From a virus, in the IMG/VR virus record IMGVR_UViG_3300005805_000045, positions 32,001 to 96,000 of that record: 64,000 nt of DNA. One strand, 5' to 3'. The notes under the pieces were generated by a model. The model saw nothing but the letters and a program-made list of their open reading frames with translations. It did no database searches and was not told the origin of the DNA. The position numbers and the translations under genes are program-made. Shown here piece by piece: positions 57,052 to 64,000 of this stretch (position 1 is the first letter of the stretch; each line of letters opens with the position of its first letter).

Positions 57052-57555
57052 ATGGCAAATCAACAACAAAAACAAAAAGAAGCTGTCGATTGGTGGCTCA
57101 ATAAAGCTAGAGGCGCTGCTGGCTATAGACGCAATCTGCTGTCTAATGCCGATCGGTCCAGAGGAACCACTGTCATAGGCAAGATGTTCTTCTTTGAATA
57201 TGATCCTAAGCACAAAGCTAAACTTCCAATCTATGACAGATTTCCACTCGTATTTCCCATTCAAAGATACCCAGATGGTTTCTTGGGTCTCAATCTACAT
57301 TATCTTGATGGTAAACTAAGAACAACGATCTTAGATGAACTCAAAGAATATACCACCAATAGTAAAATGAATGAGACGACGAAGTTAAGGCTTTCATACG
57401 ATCTTCTTTCACGCACAACACTTCTTTCTTCAGTAGCACCTTGCATCAAACGATATCTCACTGGTCATGTAAGAAGCCATTTCATCGAGATAACAGCAAA
57501 TGAATGGGACAAGGTCGCACAATTACCAGTTCAAGTATTCGTAACAAGGACATAA
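57052..57555 (+). CDS. gp2: DNA end protector protein
   Basis: GKMFFFEYDPKHK..LP.YDRFPL, GFLGLNLHYL, CIKRYL. Confidence 0.93.
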   Translation: MANQQQKQKEAVDWWLNKARGAAGYRRNLLSNADRSRGTTVIGKMFFFEYDPKHKAKLPIYDRFPLVFPIQRYPDGFLGLNLHYLDGKLRTTILDELKEYTTNSKMNETTKLRLSYDLLSRTTLLSSVAPCIKRYLTGHVRSHFIEITANEWDKVAQLPVQVFVTRT

Positions 57556-57560
57556 AATAG

Positions 57561-58283
57561 ATGGCATCCTACAATATAACAAATCCTGCATCAGCTATGG
57601 ACATGAATAGTGCTTACCGTATAATGGAAAATTATAACGGCCTGGCTAAGTCATGTCGGTTTTTTGTAAGAATAAATCAAATTGACAAAATTCCATCTAG
57701 AGCAAAAAACGCTGCTCGTGATTTAGAATATCTTTGTGAAACTACTGATTTGCCAGGACGAGGGTTTGTCAGTGCTGACATCCGTTATTATGGTCCAAAT
57801 TTCAAGATGCCCGTTCAGACACAATATGAAGACATAAATTTCACTTTTCTATGCAGGAATAAATCCTTTGAGAGAGAATTTTTTGATGACTGGATGGATT
57901 ATATGAATCCAAATAATTCTTTTGATTTCAAATACCGTGATCAGTATGCAGTGAGTATAGACATTTTTCAAATATCAGAATATCCTGATAGCAATGGATC
58001 AATAGAAGCAGGCATACCAGGTCAAGTTCGTGATATTGGTAAAGCCGAATATAGATTGACGTTGCACAATGCATATCCCATTTTGCTAAACGCACAACCA
58101 TTGAACTGGTCTGACTTCAATTATCTTAGACTTGTTGTTTCATTTACATATACACACTGGGGAAGAGATCAAGATAAAACAAGAACAGGATTTAATCTGT
58201 TGACTGGAATTGAAAACGTGCAGTATGATGAGTCTGTAGCCAATCGGTTACCTTTATCATCTCCAGGCACAATTTCAAGATAA
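57561..58283 (+). CDS. gp54: baseplate tail tube initiator (gp19-fold)
   Basis: LCETTDLPGR, FFDDWMDY, L.NAYP, VSFTYTHW. Confidence 0.75.
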   Translation: MASYNITNPASAMDMNSAYRIMENYNGLAKSCRFFVRINQIDKIPSRAKNAARDLEYLCETTDLPGRGFVSADIRYYGPNFKMPVQTQYEDINFTFLCRNKSFEREFFDDWMDYMNPNNSFDFKYRDQYAVSIDIFQISEYPDSNGSIEAGIPGQVRDIGKAEYRLTLHNAYPILLNAQPLNWSDFNYLRLVVSFTYTHWGRDQDKTRTGFNLLTGIENVQYDESVANRLPLSSPGTISR

Positions 58284-58307
58284 TGATATAATGAGGAGTT
58301 TTTAATA

Positions 58308-59030
58308 ATGCTACCAAAAATTGACTTACCTACATATGACCTAACTTTGCCATCCACAGGCAAAAAGATAAAAGTAAGACCGTTTCTAGTAAAAGAAGAA
58401 AAGCTCTTGCTTATGGCTCTAGAATCTGATGATGATCTGGAAATAGTGAACACAACAAAACAAATCATCAATAACTGTATTGTTTCAGAAAAGATAGACG
58501 TAAACGCACTTCCGTTCTTTGATGTTGATTATCTATTCATTGCCCTCAGAGCAAAATCTATTGGTGAAAAAGTAGACATCAAATACACATGCAAAAACGT
58601 CGTGAATGGAGAAACATGTGGTGCTTCATTCAACGCCGAAATAGATGTGTCAAACGTCAAAGTCATCAAAGATGAATCTATTGCAAACGTTATTGATTTG
58701 AAGAACAATATCAAAGTCAAGATGAAATATCCTTCATATACAACTATGAAGTTGATCATGGACAATGAAAACATTCTGGATAAGAAAATCAAGCTGATTG
58801 CCAACTCAATTGAATACATTCAGAACAAAGAGAGTATTATAACAACCAAAGATGTTACCAAAGAAGAACTCGAACAGTTTGTTGGTGATCTTATTCAGGA
58901 ACAGTATAAAAAACTCGAACACTTTATAGATAATCTGCCTTCATTTGTCGTTCAAAGCACTGCAACATGCAACAAATGTAACTTCGTTCATAATCTAGAG
59001 TATTCGGACTTCACAAGTTTTTTCGTCTAA
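58308..59030 (+). CDS. gp26: baseplate hub assembly protein
   Basis: LPKIDLPTY.L.LPS, RPFLVKEEKLLL, FDVDYLF..LRAKSIGE, C..C, SFF end. Confidence 0.92.
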   Translation: MLPKIDLPTYDLTLPSTGKKIKVRPFLVKEEKLLLMALESDDDLEIVNTTKQIINNCIVSEKIDVNALPFFDVDYLFIALRAKSIGEKVDIKYTCKNVVNGETCGASFNAEIDVSNVKVIKDESIANVIDLKNNIKVKMKYPSYTTMKLIMDNENILDKKIKLIANSIEYIQNKESIITTKDVTKEELEQFVGDLIQEQYKKLEHFIDNLPSFVVQSTATCNKCNFVHNLEYSDFTSFFV

Positions 59031-59236
59031 TGCTTGGTTACGATACATTGATGAATCATTTTCAGACAAACTTTTCCCTGATGCAGCACCACAAATATAG
59101 TCTTTCAGATATAGAATCAATGATGCCTTGGGAAAAATTCATCTATGTAGATATGTTAAAACAGTATATCAAACACCTCGAAGATATGCAACGTGATCAA
59201 GCAGCACAACAAAGAGCACAGAGAACGAGAAGATAA
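59030..59236 (+). CDS. gp51: baseplate hub assembly catalyst
   Basis: TNFSLMQHHKYSLSDIESMMPWE. Confidence 0.9.
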   Translation: MLGYDTLMNHFQTNFSLMQHHKYSLSDIESMMPWEKFIYVDMLKQYIKHLEDMQRDQAAQQRAQRTRR

Positions 59237-61875
59237 TGGTAAATAGAATATCGACAAGAATGGATCAAATGCCAAGACGGGATTTGACCGCTGCACTAAC
59301 GATAGATCCTAGAAGAAATAGACAATTGCCTATTCAAGCTATGCCTGTACTTAGAGGTAGAGATATATCTGAATTAGAGGCGATATCTGCTGCCGAATAT
59401 GCTGCTAAGTTTCCTTCTCATGGAAGAAGATTGGCTTCGTTATCTACAGGTGGTATTGCTCGTGACTTTGCTTCATCTGGTGGAACACCATCAAGTGCAG
59501 CGCCAGAAGTGAGTCCAGAATCTGGCGCTGCACCAGCTCCTTCTGGTCGTACACCTTCTGGATCTTCCGCTGCACCAGCTGGTCCTTCAGGAAGAAAAAA
59601 AGAAGGAGAACCTCAAGTTCCTGCATGGCAACAGGGTTTAGATAAGATAGCTGGTGCACCCAAAACTGGTCCAAGAACTGGTCCTATCGATAGAAGCAAA
59701 TTTAAAAGTGAACTTGATGATCCAGCAGTAAGACGCTTATTTGGAGATATGATACAAGCAGAAGTTGGACATCAGGGAAGAGAAGCACAAATTAGACTTG
59801 CTGAAACAGTATTCAATCGTGCAATGTATGAAGGCAAAACACTAAAACAAATTTTGTCAGACGAAAAATATTATCAACCATATCGTAATGGTAGATTTGC
59901 TGCTGCTCAAAAAGAAATAAACGAAGAGAAAAGAAATCATCTAAATGGTATAATTGATCACACTTATGCTGGTTCAGATGAAACAGATGGTGCTGCTCAC
60001 AATTTTGCTGGACACATACCTGATGATTTGATTGTTGGAAAATATGGCGGCATTCCTGGATCAATCAAAAAAGTTGGTAATGAAAAATACTACAGAAAGA
60101 AATATAAGAATGAGATTGAGGGTTATAAAAACTTACCAAGAGTAGAAGAAAAATCAACAGAACAAAGAGAGCTTCCTTCAATACCAGAAGGATATGAGAA
60201 ATTACCAAAAGCAGTACGTGATAAAATTGAGAAATATGATCCGGAACAGCGATCTAGATTGTTTGATCATTTCAATAAAAATCCAGAAGCAATTGATCAA
60301 TTAACAAAACAATACGAATCAAAACAAGGAATAGTATCACCAGAAAAAAATGCAGCAGAAGTAGTAGATAAAGCACTAACAACTGAAACTGGACTAGCTA
60401 CTCCATCAAAAAACTTTAGATTTCAAGATGGTTGGATAACTTCACAATCTGATAGAAATTGGAATCAATGTGTTGCCCTTTCTCGTGCGTTCAATCCAGA
60501 TGTAGGACGAGCATCACAATGGAAAGTTGATCCAAAAGCACAAATAGTGCCTGGAAGTATGGTAGCATCTACAAAATATGGCACTGGAAGTACGCCTGGT
60601 GGTACACCTGGTGCTGGCTATCACACAGGAATTGCATTGACTGCTCCTGATAAAAATGGTAACTTTCTTATTTTAGATCAAGGTTCTGGTATGCGTGCTG
60701 TTGTCAGACAAAGTAATATCAATGGCAGAGTATTTGGTGGACAAGCTGGTGTAGTGCAAGGAACTCAACCATCTATGGCAGCATTAGAAACTGCTCTCAA
60801 AATGACTAAAAATGAAAATCACATTGAAAGAATTAAACAATCTATTGATCAATTAAAAAAACAAACAGATGTTAATAAAGAACCAATGACAGAAGATCAG
60901 CGTCGTGCAGCAGGTGCAACAAAAGAAGAAAAAGAAGAAGTAAATAAACAATCTTCAATAGAAAAACCATTAGTAACAACAGTTTCACCACCTGAACAGC
61001 CTACAGATCAGAGACAAGCTCAAAGTCGTGGTTCAGCAGAACTTGCTCTTCCGCCCGTGTCTCAAACACTGCCTGTTCCAAAATCAGAATCAACATCACC
61101 AGTTTTACCACCAGTTGTGACAACAGTTTCACCTTCATCATCGGCATTCACTGCTCCAACAACACCTGCTGAACCTCAAGCACAACCAGCTGTTCCTCAA
61201 GAGCCAAAAGCACCCACTGCTCCAACAACACCGGCGACACCTGCTGAACCACAAGCACAACCAGCTGTTCTTCAAGAGCCACCAAAGTTAATTGAACCTG
61301 TTACAGAAGTAAGAGGAATGCCAGCTCCAGCAGCAACAGCAGAGCCTGCGCCTCAACCTGCACCGCCTTCACCTCAACCAGAAGCAGCACCTTCGTCAGA
61401 AAAACAAGATTATCAAGAATATCAATATGGTGGTGAAAAGAGAGTACCAGATAAGGACAATCTGAGAGTTATCAACGAAGATACAGGCAAAACTCTGTTC
61501 AAGATGAATCCATCAGAAGGGATTCATATAAATCAGGTTGGAAATGTTGAAGTAACACCTCAACAGCGAATATATCCCGGTGATATTCAAAAGCAACAAA
61601 AAGTACGACAAAACAAAGAGATGCAAGAATCTCAAGAAACTCAAAGAGAACTGAGTACACCATCAGCACAACCATCTCCACAAGCATATACAAATGCTTC
61701 AAATCCAGGTCTCGAACATATGAGAGCAGCAGAAATGGACATGTCTAATATTCTTGGCTCAGTTTCGTTCAGACGATCTGTAGGAAGAAGCAGATTTGTC
61801 AGCGTTGGTAATTCTATTCTTGGTGGCCATTTTGACTACGGTGCAGCTAACATGAGCAGAAGGTCCACTTCATAA
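59236..61875 (+). CDS. tail-associated (gp29-position) protein with SleB-like hydrolase and Cys/His amidase-like domains
   Basis: AEVGHQG.EAQ..LAETVFNR (Hydrolase_2-like); QCVAL...HTGIAL...LILDQ (BPSL0067/Tae-like); Pro-rich linkers. Confidence 0.65.
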   Translation: MVNRISTRMDQMPRRDLTAALTIDPRRNRQLPIQAMPVLRGRDISELEAISAAEYAAKFPSHGRRLASLSTGGIARDFASSGGTPSSAAPEVSPESGAAPAPSGRTPSGSSAAPAGPSGRKKEGEPQVPAWQQGLDKIAGAPKTGPRTGPIDRSKFKSELDDPAVRRLFGDMIQAEVGHQGREAQIRLAETVFNRAMYEGKTLKQILSDEKYYQPYRNGRFAAAQKEINEEKRNHLNGIIDHTYAGSDETDGAAHNFAGHIPDDLIVGKYGGIPGSIKKVGNEKYYRKKYKNEIEGYKNLPRVEEKSTEQRELPSIPEGYEKLPKAVRDKIEKYDPEQRSRLFDHFNKNPEAIDQLTKQYESKQGIVSPEKNAAEVVDKALTTETGLATPSKNFRFQDGWITSQSDRNWNQCVALSRAFNPDVGRASQWKVDPKAQIVPGSMVASTKYGTGSTPGGTPGAGYHTGIALTAPDKNGNFLILDQGSGMRAVVRQSNINGRVFGGQAGVVQGTQPSMAALETALKMTKNENHIERIKQSIDQLKKQTDVNKEPMTEDQRRAAGATKEEKEEVNKQSSIEKPLVTTVSPPEQPTDQRQAQSRGSAELALPPVSQTLPVPKSESTSPVLPPVVTTVSPSSSAFTAPTTPAEPQAQPAVPQEPKAPTAPTTPATPAEPQAQPAVLQEPPKLIEPVTEVRGMPAPAATAEPAPQPAPPSPQPEAAPSSEKQDYQEYQYGGEKRVPDKDNLRVINEDTGKTLFKMNPSEGIHINQVGNVEVTPQQRIYPGDIQKQQKVRQNKEMQESQETQRELSTPSAQPSPQAYTNASNPGLEHMRAAEMDMSNILGSVSFRRSVGRSRFVSVGNSILGGHFDYGAANMSRRSTS
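61150..61281. repeat. tandem duplication in Pro-rich linker
   Basis: TAPTTPAEPQAQPAVPQEP / TAPTTPATPAEPQAQPAVLQEP, near-identical at DNA level. Confidence 0.7.
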
Positions 61876-61876
61876 T

Positions 61877-64000
61877 ATGGAAGACAGATCAAAGAAGAGA
61901 ATAACAACAAAAGACTTGACAGTTGATACAGTCTATAAAAGAAGACTGCCCTTATCTGGTGCCGAAAGAATTGAGAGAGAAGAATCGTTTCTTGAGAGTT
62001 TGTCACCAGCTGCTTATTCTGCAATGTTTCCTCAAAATAAAGCTCCATCTCAAGGAAGCGGCTCAAGTCCTGGTTCGGGAAATAGATCGCCCATGTCTGG
62101 TGCACCTGGACCTAGTGGTGGATCACAAAGACAGCCAACACCACCAGCATCATCAGAAACACCTGCTCCTTCAATACCACGTCAAGCACGGAAAGTTGAA
62201 TCAGCAGATATACCAGAGGGCACTCAAGCACCAGGTGAGGGTGTTGGAGTTATACCAAGTTTAATTCCTGAAGGTGGCAAATCAGATGATGTTGCGAGAG
62301 AAGCAGAGGGATTTACTCCTGAACCAGCAAAGGTACCAGACGTTACAGCAGAACCTCAGTCAAAAGCAAAATCTTCTAGAACACGTGGTTTTTCTCTGAC
62401 ACCAACAGAAGGCGTTCAAGATTCAAATCTTGCACCTCAAGTTGATCTATACGATAAAGAAACAATTTTTGGTTCTACTCCTACTATAGAATCACAACAA
62501 CAAACAGCAGTACCATCAGCAACAGATCAGCCGGCAACACCACAATCTGCACCACCTCCAATGCCTGATGATCCAGAAAAGTCAAAAGATGAGAGAGAGT
62601 TTCAAGCAAACGATACAGTCTTAGATCAGAAATCTGGCATATCATTTATGGATCAAAGAAATAAAGTTGGTGCTGATCTCAGAGGTGTTGACCCAAGATT
62701 AAAACATATGACAGCCGAAGGTATTCGTGTGTTTGAAAACATGCATCAGGGCAGATATAAAGTTGAAATTCTTGGTCCATCGGGCGGAATGAGAAGTGCA
62801 ACAACGTCATATCATGGTTCTGGTGGAGCACTCGATCTAGTCATAGTTGATACTAGAACAGGCAGAAGACTAACAAATTTTCCTGGATATGACAAACGTT
62901 ATGGATATCAAGGAAGTGCTGGTGAAAATGCACACATATATCAAGACTTGATGAACAGAGCCAAAATTGCTGCTCATAAATTTTATCCTGATGTTTCAGG
63001 TAGTGTGAGATGGGGTGGTTATGGTAAGTGGCAAGGCAATGAATTTGATACAATGCATATTGACCTTGATCCTCAAGGTAGAGGCATGGGTGGTGGCACG
63101 TTCGAAAAAGGATTCAGCCGTGAGTTTATGGAAAAGTATGGTGTAAGATCCAATCAGCCAATCACAGATATTGAAGATGCTGTGAAACAGCAATATGCAC
63201 CAGGTGGACCAAAACGACAAGATGCTCCTACTGCTCCAGCTGCAGGACCATCAGACAAAGAAAAATTGTATGATCTGTATAGAAAAGAGACAGGACGTAA
63301 TCCTTACAATACAGGACTAATGAGAAATACAGTAGAGACAGATGACTTCAAAAAATGGAGCGAGAATAAATCTGTTACTGCTGTTCCACAAAGTGAAAAA
63401 AGTGAAACTGGATTCAAATCATTTGCCACATTCGATGATAAAGAATTAGAAAGAAAATACTCAAAAGATGCAGAACAGCGAGAATCATATCCTAATCCAC
63501 CATCAATGGTTGTGCTGCATGACGTTTCAGCACCTAAAGGAGGAAAGCCAACAGTAGGAGCAGCAAAGGGTGCTTATCATATGGCTTTTGATGAGAATGG
63601 CTTTTATCTAAACTCTCGTTTGGATAAACAAGCACCACATGCCGCTGATTTCAATGAATTGTCTTTGGGTCTAGCACACGTAGGAATGGAAGGTGATAAG
63701 TTGTCACCAAAAGCAATCAAGCATGGTGCACACGCTTTGGCATATATGATGAAGTTTCATCCACAAATTACCTTAGACAGTCTCAGAACACACGCTGAAC
63801 TAAATGCTGATCCAAGAAAAGGCATTGTGGGAACTAGAATGGGTGGTAAAAATCCTAAAGAAGGATCATGGAGAGAAAGTGTACTAGATTATCTACAAAA
63901 GAATCCACATATCATGAAGATGAGCTTAGAAGAACTTGAGGGTAGACAAAAAAAGATGGAGTATGGTGGTGAGCTTCGTTTGCCCAATCAATTCTCTATG
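61877..64000 (+). CDS. paralogous tail-associated protein with M15-like peptidase and Amidase_2-like domains, partial (runs off the window end); not in ORF track
   Basis: Frame from ATG 61877 open at every point checked; LRGVDPRL...SYHGSGGALDL...RWGG...MHID (M15-like); VVLHD...AYH...APHA..FNELSLGL...RTHAEL (Amidase_2-like). Confidence 0.75.
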   Translation, partial: MEDRSKKRITTKDLTVDTVYKRRLPLSGAERIEREESFLESLSPAAYSAMFPQNKAPSQGSGSSPGSGNRSPMSGAPGPSGGSQRQPTPPASSETPAPSIPRQARKVESADIPEGTQAPGEGVGVIPSLIPEGGKSDDVAREAEGFTPEPAKVPDVTAEPQSKAKSSRTRGFSLTPTEGVQDSNLAPQVDLYDKETIFGSTPTIESQQQTAVPSATDQPATPQSAPPPMPDDPEKSKDEREFQANDTVLDQKSGISFMDQRNKVGADLRGVDPRLKHMTAEGIRVFENMHQGRYKVEILGPSGGMRSATTSYHGSGGALDLVIVDTRTGRRLTNFPGYDKRYGYQGSAGENAHIYQDLMNRAKIAAHKFYPDVSGSVRWGGYGKWQGNEFDTMHIDLDPQGRGMGGGTFEKGFSREFMEKYGVRSNQPITDIEDAVKQQYAPGGPKRQDAPTAPAAGPSDKEKLYDLYRKETGRNPYNTGLMRNTVETDDFKKWSENKSVTAVPQSEKSETGFKSFATFDDKELERKYSKDAEQRESYPNPPSMVVLHDVSAPKGGKPTVGAAKGAYHMAFDENGFYLNSRLDKQAPHAADFNELSLGLAHVGMEGDKLSPKAIKHGAHALAYMMKFHPQITLDSLRTHAELNADPRKGIVGTRMGGKNPKEGSWRESVLDYLQKNPHIMKMSLEELEGRQKKMEYGGELRLPNQFSM

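Noticed and set aside
669-63220. Numerous 60-180 aa ORFs antisense to or nested in long genes (e.g. 5636-6166, 52729-53127, 61923-62264)
   Set aside because: Shadows of recognisable genes on the other strand or frame, with no motifs or RBS
1-64000. Stop-codon reassignment
   Set aside because: Conserved genes are full length under the standard code, and TAG and TGA both end recognisable genes at expected positions
1-64000. tRNA or rRNA genes
   Set aside because: Intergenic gaps are short and no cloverleaf or T-loop consensus was seen by eye; tRNAscan-SE would confirm

Overview
The window is the virion-morphogenesis region of a large T4-like myophage (T4 superfamily, standard genetic code, probably infecting an Alphaproteobacterium given a Usg-like gene and the gene layout). 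The minus strand carries the head module (gp23, 22, 21, 68/67, 20), tail and packaging genes (gp19, 18, 17, 16), neck genes (gp15, 14, 13) with two free-standing homing endonucleases, a fibre/chaperone array, a 1986-aa VrlC-like protein and baseplate genes (gp8, 7, 6, 25, split gp5, 27, 53, 48). The plus strand carries gp4, 2, 54, 26, 51 and two paralogous Pro-rich proteins with four different peptidoglycan-hydrolase-like domains. T4-type late promoters (TATAAATA/ATAAATA) recur throughout. Best candidates for something new: (1) a ~13 kb enzyme cluster between gp13 and the fibre genes (3 radical SAM enzymes, 4 glycosyltransferases, DegT aminotransferase, GNAT, ATP-grasp, methyltransferase, PP-loop ATPase, 2OG-Fe oxygenase) next to a protein with a long [YF]-x-G-x repeat, suggesting a virion-protein hypermodification pathway; (2) both neck genes that follow a homing endonuclease have a near-cognate codon (ATA, ACG) where the start ATG should be, each 9 nt after a strong Shine-Dalgarno. 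Also noted: a degenerate Alt-like ADP-ribosyltransferase, apparently leaderless late mRNAs, and a decaying fibre/chaperone duplication with loxP-arm-like tandem repeats. All family assignments are from motif recognition by eye; no database searches were run.
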